Under the pieces are notes generated by a model. The model ran no database searches and was not told the origin of the DNA. It saw only the letters and a program-made list of their open reading frames with translations. Below are positions 50,010 through 60,838 of a stretch of DNA of 64,000 nt, piece after piece. This stretch comes from an uncultured Nitrospiraceae bacterium (GTDB lineage: Bacteria > Nitrospirota > Thermodesulfovibrionia > Thermodesulfovibrionales > Dissulfurispiraceae): positions 1 through 64,000 of the forward strand of contig CAVPIW010000012.1 of the NCBI GenBank assembly GCA_963705105.1, given 5' to 3'. A program made the position numbers and the translations under genes. The stretch's first letter is position 1; each line of letters starts with the position of its first letter.

Positions 50010-51674
50010 ATAGCAACCGTACTCGGACATACGACAGGTCTCAAGAAGGGCATCATCTCCTCCCTGGAGCGGATCTACAGCAGGAGGGTGCCGCCTGACA
50101 GGATCATCACCCCTGAGCTCGCCCGGTATATCACGGAGATTTCTTCGCAGATCGGCAAGCAGATCGGGCTTCTCATCTCACGGGAGGGCGTTGTGACCCA
50201 CGTTATCGTCGGTGATGCCAGGGGGGTCTTCATCCCCGGTCTCGACGACCATCCCCTGGGACGGAAAGCGCTGCGCGGCCTCCGGTTCATCCATACCCAC
50301 ATCGCGGGGGAACCCCTCGACCGGGAAGACCTGTCCGATCTTGCGCTTCTCCGTTTTGACCTCATCGCGGCCATGACGATAAAGAACGACCTGCCTGACA
50401 TGATCCATGCAGCCTACCTGATGCCGCTGGGGTCCGACAAGAAGGTCGAAACGATGTCGGAAAATTTTCACCGCCTCGACATGAATTTCAGGGATTTCAT
50501 CGGCAATCTCGAGGAAGAAATGAACCGCTCACGGGTCTTCGACAGGCGGGACCTCCGCGAACGGGCCATTCTCGTCAGCGCATCCAAGGCGCCGCGCCAC
50601 GAAATGGAGGACTCCATGGAGGAGCTCAGGGAACTGGCGCAGTCGAGCGACGTCATCGTGCTCGACACGGTGATCCAGAGACTCAAGGAGGTCAATCCCA
50701 AATACATACTCGGAGAGGGGAAACTCAGGGACCTCGTCATCCAGGCGATGGACAAGGGCGCCACCCTGCTTATCTTCGACCAGGACCTGACGCCGTCACA
50801 GATGAGGGCTTTGGCCGAGAGGATGGAGCTGAAGGTCATCGACCGGTCGCAATTGATTCTCGACATTTTCGCACGGAGGGCCCACAGCCATGACGGCAAG
50901 GTCCAGGTGGAGCTGGCCCAGTTGAAATACACACTGCCGAGACTGGCCGGCAAGGGAACGGCCATGTCGCGGCTCATGGGCGGCATCGGCGGGAGGGGGC
51001 CCGGAGAGACGAAGCTCGAGACGGACAGGCGGCGCATCCGTGACCGCATCACCCGTCTCGAACAGGAACTTAAGGTCCTCGGAGAGGCCCGCAAACAGAG
51101 GAAGCAGCGCCGCGTCGACCGGGGGGTTCCCATCGTCTCGATCATCGGGTACACGAATGCCGGCAAATCCACCCTCCTGAACAATCTGACGAAGAGCGCC
51201 ACCGCCGTCGAGGACAAGATGTTCGCCACCCTCGACACGGCGAGCAGGAGGCTGCGCTTTCCGAAGGAGAGAGAGGTCATCATCACGGACACCGTCGGCT
51301 TCATCAGGGACCTTCCGCAGGACCTCATGGCGGCCTTCAGTGCGACCCTCGAGGAACTGGAGGATGCGGACCTGCTGATCCACCTCATCGACGTCTCGAC
51401 GGCCCGTTTCGAACAGCAGATCGAATCCGTCGAATCCATCCTCAGGGACCTCAATCTGGGGGACAAGAGGCGCCTGATCGTCCTGAACAAAATCGACCGG
51501 GCGCCCGCTGACATCGTCGGCAATCTCATCGCCCGCTATGACGCGGTGGCCATTGCAGCCGTCGACCCCGCCACCTTTCCCCCGCTCCTCCGCGAACTGG
51601 AGCGTCGCCTCTGGGAGTCCCATCAGAACGGCAGGGCGGAAAACGTAGCGGCGCGACAGGTCGAAGGAGTATAA
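50010..51674 (+). CDS. hflX: GTPase HflX (long N-terminal form), probable ATA start
   Basis: LILDIFA.RA, GGRGPGETKLE.DRR, GYTNAGKS, FATLD, DTVGF, NKID. The frame is open upstream of GTG 50088 to 50007. Confidence 0.93.
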   Translation: MATVLGHTTGLKKGIISSLERIYSRRVPPDRIITPELARYITEISSQIGKQIGLLISREGVVTHVIVGDARGVFIPGLDDHPLGRKALRGLRFIHTHIAGEPLDREDLSDLALLRFDLIAAMTIKNDLPDMIHAAYLMPLGSDKKVETMSENFHRLDMNFRDFIGNLEEEMNRSRVFDRRDLRERAILVSASKAPRHEMEDSMEELRELAQSSDVIVLDTVIQRLKEVNPKYILGEGKLRDLVIQAMDKGATLLIFDQDLTPSQMRALAERMELKVIDRSQLILDIFARRAHSHDGKVQVELAQLKYTLPRLAGKGTAMSRLMGGIGGRGPGETKLETDRRRIRDRITRLEQELKVLGEARKQRKQRRVDRGVPIVSIIGYTNAGKSTLLNNLTKSATAVEDKMFATLDTASRRLRFPKEREVIITDTVGFIRDLPQDLMAAFSATLEELEDADLLIHLIDVSTARFEQQIESVESILRDLNLGDKRRLIVLNKIDRAPADIVGNLIARYDAVAIAAVDPATFPPLLRELERRLWESHQNGRAENVAARQVEGV

Positions 51675-51680
51675 TACACG

Positions 51681-52751
51681 ATGGAATTCGTCCCCCGATG
51701 GATCGCCTGGGAAACAACGCGCCGCTGTAATCTCAAGTGCGTGCACTGCCGCTCCTCGTCCGAGATGGAGGTGAAGTCGCACCTCGATTTTCCAACAGAG
51801 GAGGCCTACAGGATCATCGATGACATTGCGGGCTACGCGAAACCCGTCGTCGTCCTCTCCGGCGGAGAGCCGCTCCTGAGGAAGGACATCTTCGAGATCG
51901 CCCGGTACGGCACCGACAAGGGACTCCGCATGTGCCTCGCAACAAACGGCACCCTCGTGACCGAGGAAGTCTGCGGGAAGATCAAGTCCTCGGGTCTCCG
52001 CATCGTCTCCCTCAGCCTCGACGGGTCGACGGAAGAGGTGCACGACAACTTCAGAAACGAGAAGGGCGCTTTCCGGGGCATTGTGAACGCGGCGGGTCTC
52101 TTTAAGAAACACGGCATAGAGTTCATCATAAATTCATCCTTCACAAAGCGGAACCAGGAGGAGATACCCAGGATCTACCGTCTCGCGAAGGAGCTGGGCG
52201 CAACGGCTTGGTACATGTTCATGATCGTGCCCACGGGAAGGGGCGAGGAGATCATGGGCGAGCTCATCTCCAAGGAGGACTACGAGGACATTCTCGACTG
52301 GCATTACCAGATGGAGAAAGACGAAGACGCCATGCTCGTCCGGCCGACCTGCGCCCCCCACTATTACCGCGTCGTCCTGCAGCGTGCCAAGGAGGAGGGG
52401 GTGAAGTTCGAGCGGCGCACGCTGAAGTTCTCCACGGGCGGATCGAAGGGGTGCCTCGCCGGCCAGCTCATCTGCCTCATCGATGTGGACGGCAACGTGC
52501 TGCCCTGCAGCTATTTCCCCAAGCCTGCCGGCAACGTCAGGGAACAGTCCTTCAGGGACATCTGGGAGAACTCGGAACTCTTCAGGGAGCTCAGGGATTT
52601 CAAGAGCTACAAGGGCAAATGCGGCACCTGTGAGTATGTCAACGTCTGCGGGGGATGCAGGGCCAGGGCCTATGCCGTCCACGGCGACTACCTCGGCGAG
52701 GAGCCCTTCTGCGGGTACATGCCGATGAAAACGAAACAGGGGGAGTCATGA
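51681..52751 (+). CDS. Radical SAM/SPASM protein, AhbD-like (heme b synthase family)
   Basis: [42 protein letters not shown]....CGGCRARA; overlaps hemE. Confidence 0.82.
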   Translation: MEFVPRWIAWETTRRCNLKCVHCRSSSEMEVKSHLDFPTEEAYRIIDDIAGYAKPVVVLSGGEPLLRKDIFEIARYGTDKGLRMCLATNGTLVTEEVCGKIKSSGLRIVSLSLDGSTEEVHDNFRNEKGAFRGIVNAAGLFKKHGIEFIINSSFTKRNQEEIPRIYRLAKELGATAWYMFMIVPTGRGEEIMGELISKEDYEDILDWHYQMEKDEDAMLVRPTCAPHYYRVVLQRAKEEGVKFERRTLKFSTGGSKGCLAGQLICLIDVDGNVLPCSYFPKPAGNVREQSFRDIWENSELFRELRDFKSYKGKCGTCEYVNVCGGCRARAYAVHGDYLGEEPFCGYMPMKTKQGES

Positions 52752-53767
52752 ACGATACGTTTTTGAGGGCATGCCGTGGGGAGGAGACGGACTACACCCC
52801 TGTCTGGCTCATGCGTCAGGCCGGCAGGTACCTGCCGGAGTACCAGAAAGTGCGGTCCAAAGTGGACTTCCTCACCCTCTGCAAGACGCCGGAACTTGCT
52901 GCCGAGGTCACCCTGCAGCCCGTCGACATCCTGAAGGTGGACGCGGCCATCCTCTTTTCCGACATCCTTGTGCCCGTCGAACCCATGGGCCTGCACCTCG
53001 AATTCTCGGAATCGAAGGGTCCTGTCCTGTCCAACCCCGTGCGCGATGAGGCCGGCGTCAAAAACCTGCGTGGCCTCAGCCCCGACGATGATGTGCCCTT
53101 CGTCCTGGAGGCGATCAGGATCCTGCGGCAGCGTCTTCCCGTTCCTCTCATCGGGTTCTCCGGCGCCCCCTTCACCCTGGCGACATACATGATCGAGGGC
53201 GGGACATCGAGGAACTTCCTCCAGACGAAAAAGATGATGTTTCGCACCCCTGAAGTCTTCTCCCTGCTCATGGACAAGATCACCGATATGGTCATCAGCT
53301 ACCTTTCGGGACAGATCAGGGCCGGGGTGCAGGCCGTGCAGATCTTCGATTCCTGGGTGGGCATCCTCTCTCCCCTGGATTTCAGGCGCTTCGCCCTCCC
53401 CGCTGTGCGGCGGATCATCGCGTCACTGAAGGGGCAGGTCCCCGTAATCTATTTCGCGATGAACGCCGATGCCATGCTCGATGACGTGCGTGAAGCCGGT
53501 GCGGATATCTATGGGCTGGACTGGCGCATCGAGATACAGAAGGCCCTCTCCGTCCTCGGCATCGATGCCGTGGTCCAGGGCAACCTCGATCCCTGCATCC
53601 TCTTCGGGACGAGGGAACTCATTCGTGGGCGCGTCGGGGACGTCCTGCGGAGCGCCTCGGGTGCGCGGGGCCACATCTTCAACCTCGGCCACGGCATTCT
53701 TCCCGAAACTCCTCCCGACAATGCGAAAGCGATGGTCGATGCCGTCCACGACCTGAGCAGCCGGTAA
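52748..53767 (+). CDS. hemE: Uroporphyrinogen decarboxylase
   Basis: [47 protein letters not shown] motifs. Confidence 0.97.
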   Translation: MNDTFLRACRGEETDYTPVWLMRQAGRYLPEYQKVRSKVDFLTLCKTPELAAEVTLQPVDILKVDAAILFSDILVPVEPMGLHLEFSESKGPVLSNPVRDEAGVKNLRGLSPDDDVPFVLEAIRILRQRLPVPLIGFSGAPFTLATYMIEGGTSRNFLQTKKMMFRTPEVFSLLMDKITDMVISYLSGQIRAGVQAVQIFDSWVGILSPLDFRRFALPAVRRIIASLKGQVPVIYFAMNADAMLDDVREAGADIYGLDWRIEIQKALSVLGIDAVVQGNLDPCILFGTRELIRGRVGDVLRSASGARGHIFNLGHGILPETPPDNAKAMVDAVHDLSSR

Positions 53768-53888
53768 CGTTTCTTCCCCGATCGCAGACAACAGGCCTGT
53801 CATTGCACAGGAGAGACCTTGCACTCTTCCTGCCCTGCCGCGTGGCGTCGCGTCAAAAAGTTGCTATACTTTAGAGAGGAGAGGTTAA

Positions 53889-54048
53889 CCTTGTAGCTGC
53901 ATAGAAAGGCGTGGCGAAGCACTCTGAAAAACAGTGTCAGTGACAGTGTGAGTGTCAGCAAAAAGGTCATCGCGATACAGGTGTCGCCGCAGCAAGGTTT
54001 TCGGCGCATACGCCCCGCCTTTCCCGGAAGTGTATTGCAACGATAAGG
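53889..54048 (+). repeat. Modular MITE-like element, copy 10 (shortest complete copy)
   Basis: ccttgtagctgcatagaaaggcg ... cgccccgcctttcccggaagtgtattgcaacgataagg; exact TTAA duplication. Confidence 0.9.
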
Positions 54049-54115
54049 TTAACAAACGGCAAGTATTGACTCTTTGTTGCGTGCAACGACGCCGACTGAG
54101 GATAAGGAGGGGCCA

Positions 54116-57100
54116 ATGGGAGCTGCGGAGGTCACCCGGCGACAGTTTTTACGCATATCCATGGGAGCCGTCGGCGCCGTCGCTGTGACGGAAGCCGCGG
54201 CCCTGGGAGCGGACATACCCGCTCTGAAAGAAAAGGCCAAGAGCATCCCGATGAGGAGGGGCAGACAGGTCCCGAGCATCTGCCCATACTGCTCTGTGGG
54301 CTGCGGACAGATTGTGACCGTCGACGATACGGGCAGGATCACCGGGATAGAGGGAAATCCCGATTCCCCCGTCAGTGAGGGCACCCTCTGCCCGAAAGGC
54401 GCAGCCACCTATCAGCTCGTCATGAACGAGCAGCGCTGGACGAAGGTGAAATACCGCGCCCCGGGCAGCGACCGCTGGGAGGACAAACCCCTCGACTGGG
54501 CGATGAACAGGATCGCCGAACTGGCAAAACAGACCCGCGACGCCAACTTCAACGAGTTTGAGGATGTTGCAGACGGCAAGGGAGGCACAGTCAGGAAGCG
54601 CGTGATGAACACCTATGCGATCGCCTCTCTCGGCGGCGCGACGATCGCCAACGAATGGAACTACATCCAGCAGAAGCTGATGCACGCCCTTGGCGTCGTA
54701 TCCGTGGAAAACCAGGCCCGCATATGACACTCCTCCACGGTCCCCGGACTGGGGATCACCTTCGGCCGAGGCGGGGCGACGACCTTCGCCCGGGACCTCG
54801 TCAATTCCGACGCGGTGCTGATCATGGGTTCGAACATGGCCGAGTGCCATCCCGTCGCGTTCCGCTGGCCCCTCAATGCCAAGACGGAGCGCGGGGCGGT
54901 CCTGATGCATGTCGACCCCCGGTACACGCGCACCTCCGCCATGTGCGACATTCACGTGCATATCCGCGCAGGCAGCGACATCGTCTTTCTGGGTGCGCTG
55001 ATCAAATATGTCATCGAGAGCGAGAGATGGAACACCGATCCGTTCTTTAGGGAGTACGTCGTCAACTACACGAATGCGGCCACGCTCGTGAGCACCGAAT
55101 ACAGGGATACGGAAGACCTCGACGGCGTCTTTTCCGGGCTGTCGGCCGATGCGAAGCGTTATACCGCCGCAAGCTGGTCCTATCAGCGTCTGCCGTCTCC
55201 GGCGCCGGCCGTCTCCACTGCGAAGACATTCAGCGACCTGCTTTTGCAGCGGGTGCCGGGTCGTCCGAAGACCGACCCAACGTTGCAAGACCCGCAGACC
55301 GTCTTCCAGATCGTCAAAAAGCACTTCGCGCGATATACGCCGGACATGGTCGAGCGCGTCTGCGGCTGTCCCCGGGAGACATTCATCAGGGTCGCCGAGA
55401 CCCTGCTCGCGAATTCAGGGCGTCACAAGACGTCGAACATCACCTATGCCGTCGGATGGACGCAGCACACCGTGGGCGTCCAGATCATCCGCACCGCCGG
55501 AATGCTGCAGGCGCTGCTCGGCAACATCGGACGACCGGGAGGCGGGATCCTGGCCCTGCGGGGTCATGCCTCGATTCAGGGTTCGACGGATATCGCGACG
55601 CTCTATCATTCGCTGCCCGGCTACCTGAACATGCCCGATGCGCGCAAGGCGCACGACAGCCTGACGGATTTCATCCTGACCGAAGCCGTTCCCCTGTCGA
55701 CGAGCTACTGGGGCAATTACCCGAAGTTCGCCGTCTCCTACCTCAAGGCCCAGTTCGGCGACGCCGCGACGAAGGACAACGACTACGGATACGACTATCA
55801 TCCCAAGATCACCGGCGACCATTCTCACCTGCCGATGTTTGTGGACATGATGTCGGGCAGGATTAAAGGGTTATTAGTGCTGGGGCAGAACCCCGCCGTG
55901 GGCGGCCAGAACGCACGCTTCCAGCGCAAGGCCCTGGCCAAACTGGACTGGCTGGTCGTGCGCGACTTCTTCGAGACCGAGACGGCCTCTTTCTGGCGGA
56001 ACTCTCCGGAAGTAAGATCGGGAGAGTTGAAGACAGGGGAAATCAGGACCGAGGTGTTCTTCCTCCCCGCCGCCGCCGTTCCTGAAATGGAGGGGTCCTT
56101 TACCAATACCCAGCGCCTGCTCCAGTATCATGAAAAGGCGGCGGACCCGCCTGAAGACGCGCGCAGCAACCTTTGGTTCACCTATCATCTGGGCTGGAAG
56201 CTGAAAAAACTGTATGCAAATTCCGGGAAAGACCGCGACTGGGCGATCAGGAACCTGCTCTGGGATTACGAGCCCGAGCCCTCCGGCGTGGCGCGGTGGC
56301 GCATCAGGGATGAGCCGTCGGCTTACAAGGTGCTCAAGGAGATCAACGGCTACACGTGGGGGGACAAGAAGCCGCTGTCCACGTTCGCCGGCCTCAGGGA
56401 AGACGGATCGACGGCCTGCGGAGCATGGATCTATACCGGCGTCATACCCGAAGAAGGCAGGAACAACGCAGCACGCCGCCGGCCCGACAACTGGATCTCG
56501 CCCGACTGGGGTTTCACCTGGCCTGCCAATCGTCATATCATGTATAACCGCGCCTCGGCGGACCTGAAGGGTAATCCCTGGTCGGAGGAGAAGAAGCTCG
56601 TCTACTGGGATGCAGAGGCGGACAGCGGCGTGAAGGACGCCGGCGGTAACCCGATTCGCGGCAAATGGGTCGCGCCCTCCGGCGACGGCATCGACTTTGC
56701 CGTGACGAAGGCGCCGGGATCGCGGGGCCGGGACGACGGTCTGGCCTTCGACTGGCTGGGCGGCAACGATCCGTTCATCATGCGGCCCGACGGCAAGGCA
56801 TGGCTTTTTGCGCCCTTCGGCCTGGTCGATGGACCGCTGCCCGCACATTACGAGCCCTACGAATCGCCGGTCCGCAATGTCGTCTACACGCAGCAGGCCA
56901 ACCCGATGGTGAAGGTCTGGAAGGTGGACGGCAACCCCTATCACAAAGTCGCTGACCCCTCCTATCCCATCGTGGTGACGACCTATCGCCTCACCGAACA
57001 TTACCTGAGCGGGTCCATGAGCCGCTGGCTGCCCTGGCTTGCGGAGCTGATGCCCGAGCTCTTCTGCGAGATCTCACCGGAGCTTGCAGCGGAAAAGGGT

Positions 57101-57370
57101 GTCAGGAACGGAGACTACGTGACGATCGAGACGGCGCGCGGAGAGATCCAGGCCCGTGCGCTTGTGACGCGGCGCATGAAGCCTTTTGTCATTGACGGAA
57201 GAAGGGTGCACCAGATCGGCCTGCCCTGGCACTGGGGATGGCAGGGCAACGCTGCCGGTGATGTGGTGAACGACCTGAGCGTCCTTGTGGCGGACCCGAA
57301 TGTCTCGATCCACGAAGGGAAGGTCTTCACCTGCAACATCCGGTCGGGAAAGAGAGGAGGTGCGGTGTAA
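54116..57370 (+). CDS. fdnG: Formate dehydrogenase alpha subunit (selenocysteine)
   Basis: Tat signal TRRQFL, CPYCSVGC..LCPKG. In-frame TGA at 54725-54727 in ENQARI-U-HSSTV joins the two listed ORFs. ALRGH..IQG.TD motif. Confidence 0.94.
54739..54757 (+). promoter_or_regulatory. Putative bacterial SECIS hairpin
   Basis: GGTCCCC-GGACT-GGGGATC starting 12 nt after the UGA. Confidence 0.7.
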
Positions 57371-57371
57371 T

Positions 57372-58229
57372 ATGGCCAAGGGAATGTTTGTGGACACCTC
57401 TGTCTGTACGGGCTGCAAGGCCTGCCAGGTGGCGTGCAAGGAATGGAACGGGCTCGACCCCGAGCCGGCGCATTTCAGACGGATGCCCGGAGCGCCCTAT
57501 CCGGTCGCATTCAATTTTACGGGCAATTCCTACGATAACACCGGCAAACTGACATCGACGAACTGGCGGCATGTCCGTTTTATCGAGCAAATCAATGAGA
57601 GCCGCTCCGTGGCGCGCTGGCTCTTCATGAGCGATTCCTGCAAGCACTGCAATGACGCCGCCTGCCTGAACGTCTGCCCTGTGGAGGCCATCGAGCGGAC
57701 CGGCATGGGCAATGTGGTCGTCCGCCAGGACAAGTGCGTCGGCAGCAGGCTCTGCAATGCCGCCTGTCCCTACGGGGTGGTCTGGTTCAGCGAGAAGACC
57801 CGTACGTCACACAAGTGCACCCTCTGCAACGACCGCATCCACAACGGTCTGGGCACGGCATGCTCCAAGGCCTGCCCGACGGGATCGATCCGGTTCGGAG
57901 AAGTCTCAGAGCTCAAGGCGATGGCTGATGCCCGTCTTGCCAGGCTCGGGGCCCTCGGGCATGGGAAGGCGAACATCTACGGGTACCGTGAGGCGGGCGG
58001 CCTCAACGTCTTTTACCTGCTCATGGACCGGCCCCGCGTCTACGGTCTGCCGGAAAAGCCCGTCGTGCCGCAGAGGGGCCAGCCGCTCTCTTCGATACCG
58101 GGCAAACTCGCCCTGATTGCGGCGGGAGCCGCAGCCCTGGTCAGTTTCCGCGAGAGAGGCGCAAGGATTCGACAGGACGATGAGGAGAAAGAATCCATAG
58201 GGAAGAGTGATGGCAAGCAACCCCATTGA
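57372..58229 (+). CDS. fdnH: Formate dehydrogenase iron-sulfur (beta) subunit
   Basis: CTGCKACQVACK.WN, CKHC..AACL.VCP, KCTLC.DR, C.KACPTG; hydrophobic C-terminal segment. Confidence 0.9.
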   Translation: MAKGMFVDTSVCTGCKACQVACKEWNGLDPEPAHFRRMPGAPYPVAFNFTGNSYDNTGKLTSTNWRHVRFIEQINESRSVARWLFMSDSCKHCNDAACLNVCPVEAIERTGMGNVVVRQDKCVGSRLCNAACPYGVVWFSEKTRTSHKCTLCNDRIHNGLGTACSKACPTGSIRFGEVSELKAMADARLARLGALGHGKANIYGYREAGGLNVFYLLMDRPRVYGLPEKPVVPQRGQPLSSIPGKLALIAAGAAALVSFRERGARIRQDDEEKESIGKSDGKQPH

Positions 58230-59073
58230 AGGCGAGCCGGTTTGGATGCGCTTGCAGGCGCTGGCTCAGGACTCTCCGGATATGCGTGATGCCGCACTGT
58301 TTTACGGGAGCATACTGCCGCTCCTCTGCGATGCCGATCTCGGTATAACACCGGTTTCTCTTACGGCCGGAGAGGCCCGATCCAAAATGGAGGCGGGCCT
58401 GCCGCTCCTTCAAGACCTGGAACTGGAACTTGACGGCGCGGCGGTGCGCAGGCTGGCGACCGGACTTGCCCGTGCCCTGGAAACGACGGGCGGGGGAAAA
58501 CAGGCGGAGGCACGCCGGATCCGTCTGGTCCTTGAGGATAATACTCCGGACTTTGACAGCCTCCTGCAGCATATCGCTGCCGGGGATGGGGCCTCCGTGA
58601 AGTCCGCGGCGGAGGATCAGGACGTCGACGCCGATCTTCTCTGCACGTTGATGCGCTATGCCCTTAAGCCGGCCCTGTGGTCGTGGCGCCGGCAGTTGAC
58701 CCCGCTGGTCGAAGGAGTGAGGTGGCATAAGGGGTTTTGCTTCGTCTGCGGCGCCTGCTCAACATTGGGTGAGCTGCGTGACGACTTTCTCGTCAAGCAT
58801 CTGCGTTGCGGACAATGCGGCGCCGATTGGCAGGTTTCACGCCTGCAGTGCACGCACTGCGGCAACGAGGACCACAAAAGTCTCGGTTTTTTGCGCGACG
58901 ACAGACAGGCCGACGGAGCGATGATTGAAGTGTGCGAGGTTTGCAGGGGATATCTCAAAGTGATGACATCCTTTGCTCCCACACCTGCCGAGTTGCTGAC
59001 CGTCGCAGACCTGGCGACGCTCACCCTCGACTGCATCGCCCTGGAACGGGGCTACCGCCGGTCGGCGGTTTGA
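58207..59073 (+). CDS. fdhE: Formate dehydrogenase accessory protein FdhE
   Basis: W.KG.C.VCG, LRC..C...W...R..C..CGN, C..C.GY.K, DLATL.LD..A...GY. Confidence 0.9.
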   Translation: MMASNPIEGEPVWMRLQALAQDSPDMRDAALFYGSILPLLCDADLGITPVSLTAGEARSKMEAGLPLLQDLELELDGAAVRRLATGLARALETTGGGKQAEARRIRLVLEDNTPDFDSLLQHIAAGDGASVKSAAEDQDVDADLLCTLMRYALKPALWSWRRQLTPLVEGVRWHKGFCFVCGACSTLGELRDDFLVKHLRCGQCGADWQVSRLQCTHCGNEDHKSLGFLRDDRQADGAMIEVCEVCRGYLKVMTSFAPTPAELLTVADLATLTLDCIALERGYRRSAV

Positions 59074-59157
59074 AAATGCGGGGTCAGACTTGCAAATTGC
59101 TTTTGGCGATCTCCGGCTCTTCCCGCTACTCCGGAACAAAGAGGAAAGGGGTAGTGC

Positions 59158-59688
59158 TCAGGGCCTGATTTCGATGGGTGTGCCGTCGGGCACGAGATGC
59201 CAGATTTCCTCGATCTCGTTGTTCGTGACGGCGATGCACCCGTTCGTCCAGTCCGATTTCCGGTAGGACTGCTCTGCCTTTGCCATGCCGTTCGGAAGAC
59301 CATGGATCATAATATCACCGCCCGGCGTCACGCCCATTTTCTGCGCCCTCTGAATGTCCGCCTCGCTCGGGTAGGATATGCGGATGGACAGGTGATACTT
59401 ACTGTTGGGGTTCCGGGTATCCAGTATGTACGTGCCCTCCGGGGTACGCTGGTCCCCCGTTTTCAGCTTGTGTCCCTGGGGATTGCCGCCGAGAGAAACC
59501 CTGTAGGTCTTGAGGATTTCGCCTTCCTTCAAGACCACCAGCACTCTTTTGCTCTTGAAGACGACTACCTTGTCGGCGCCGGGAATGGTGGCGCCGGCCC
59601 TCTCAGCCGGCAACGCAGAGAATACGACGGGCCCGATGATCGCCAATGCGACCAGCAAGCGGGACGTTCTGCCGATGAATTCAAACAA
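59158..59688 (-). CDS. L,D-transpeptidase (YkuD family)
   Basis: GD..TPEG.Y, ISYP, IMIHG, WTNGCIA motifs. Confidence 0.92.
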   Translation of the reverse strand: MFEFIGRTSRLLVALAIIGPVVFSALPAERAGATIPGADKVVVFKSKRVLVVLKEGEILKTYRVSLGGNPQGHKLKTGDQRTPEGTYILDTRNPNSKYHLSIRISYPSEADIQRAQKMGVTPGGDIMIHGLPNGMAKAEQSYRKSDWTNGCIAVTNNEIEEIWHLVPDGTPIEIRP

Positions 59689-60205
59689 TGTTCACCCCCA
59701 GTACATTTTTCATGATCCTCAGGGCTGCGTCATGGTCCTCTTTCGCCAATCCGGCGATGCCGTCGCCGACGACGGTGACCTTCAAATCCCTCAGGCTTGC
59801 CTCGTAGGCAGTGAAGAGGATGCAGATATGCGTGACGCATCCCGTCAGTCTCACGCTGTCGATACCGAGCGCCCTGATCAGCTCGTCGAGGCGCGTATTA
59901 TAGAAACTCGAATAGGTCATTTTTTCGACGATGATGTCCCCTTCGCCGGGTTCCAGTTCTTTGACGATGCGGTCGCCCTCGGAGCCGCGGACGCCGTGGG
60001 CAGGCCACCCGAATTTGACGAACTCCCTGTCCCCGGGGGCGTGGGTGTCGCAGACGTAGATGACGGGATTTCCCGATGACCGGGCCCGTTCGATCTCCCG
60101 GGAGATATTGGGGAGGATGTCCCTCGTGGCAGGCACCTCCAGGGGCGCCCCCTCACGGACGAAATCGTTCAGCATGTCAATGATGATGAGCGCTTCCTTC
60201 CCCAT
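59681..60205 (-). CDS. Isochorismatase-family cysteine hydrolase (nicotinamidase-like)
   Basis: IIDMLNDF, D.H, WPAH, K..YSSF, G.VT.IC motifs. Confidence 0.9.
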   Translation of the reverse strand: MGKEALIIIDMLNDFVREGAPLEVPATRDILPNISREIERARSSGNPVIYVCDTHAPGDREFVKFGWPAHGVRGSEGDRIVKELEPGEGDIIVEKMTYSSFYNTRLDELIRALGIDSVRLTGCVTHICILFTAYEASLRDLKVTVVGDGIAGLAKEDHDAALRIMKNVLGVNIV

Positions 60206-60226
60206 TGTCTCATTTCTCGTCACCAC

Positions 60227-60724
60227 TCATTCCACTATATCATCGACGATGTTGAACTTGTCCTGAAGAGCGATCTGGACCGGGTCGGGAACGAGGCCGG
60301 CGATACTCCCCCCGAAGGAGGCCACTTCCTTGACGATCGTCGACGTAAGGAATGTGTATTCTTCGGATGGCATCATGAACACCGTCTCGATGCTCATGTC
60401 CAGCCTCCTGTTCATGAGCGCCATCTGGAGCTCGTACTCGAAGTCGGAAATGGCACGCAGTCCCCGTATGATGACGACGGCGCCGCGCTCCTTCACGTAA
60501 TCGACGAGGAGCCCGTGAAAGGGCTCCGCCCTGACATTCGGGAATTTCCGGACCGCCTCCCTGATCATGGACAGCCGCTCGTCGAGCGAGAAGAGGGGCT
60601 GCTTTTTCGGATTGGGAGCGACAGCGATGATGATCTCGTCAAAAAGTCTCAGGCCCCGCTCGACGAGGTCGAGGTGTCCGTTGGTGATAGGGTCGAAGGT
60701 CCCGGGATAGATGGCTAATCTCAT
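60227..60724 (-). CDS. coaD: Pantetheine-phosphate adenylyltransferase
   Basis: [33 protein letters not shown] motifs. Confidence 0.97.
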   Translation of the reverse strand: MRLAIYPGTFDPITNGHLDLVERGLRLFDEIIIAVAPNPKKQPLFSLDERLSMIREAVRKFPNVRAEPFHGLLVDYVKERGAVVIIRGLRAISDFEYELQMALMNRRLDMSIETVFMMPSEEYTFLTSTIVKEVASFGGSIAGLVPDPVQIALQDKFNIVDDIVE

Positions 60725-60838
60725 GGTTGTCTTTTCCCTTCGTCGTGTTGGTGCCAGTCGGCACATTACCGCAATGGATCATGCCGATAGGGTAATGCGC
60801 GCTTTTTTATATTTTACACCAAAAACAGTCAGAAATAA

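Noticed and set aside
54074..57370. Two separate genes, or a nonsense-mutated FDH pseudogene
   Set aside because: The TGA is in frame at the catalytic Cys/Sec position and is followed by a SECIS-like hairpin.
59079..59102. REP-like half site ggggtcagacttgcaaattgc, similar to 101-116
   Set aside because: Short and without a partner arm; cannot be distinguished from chance within this window.
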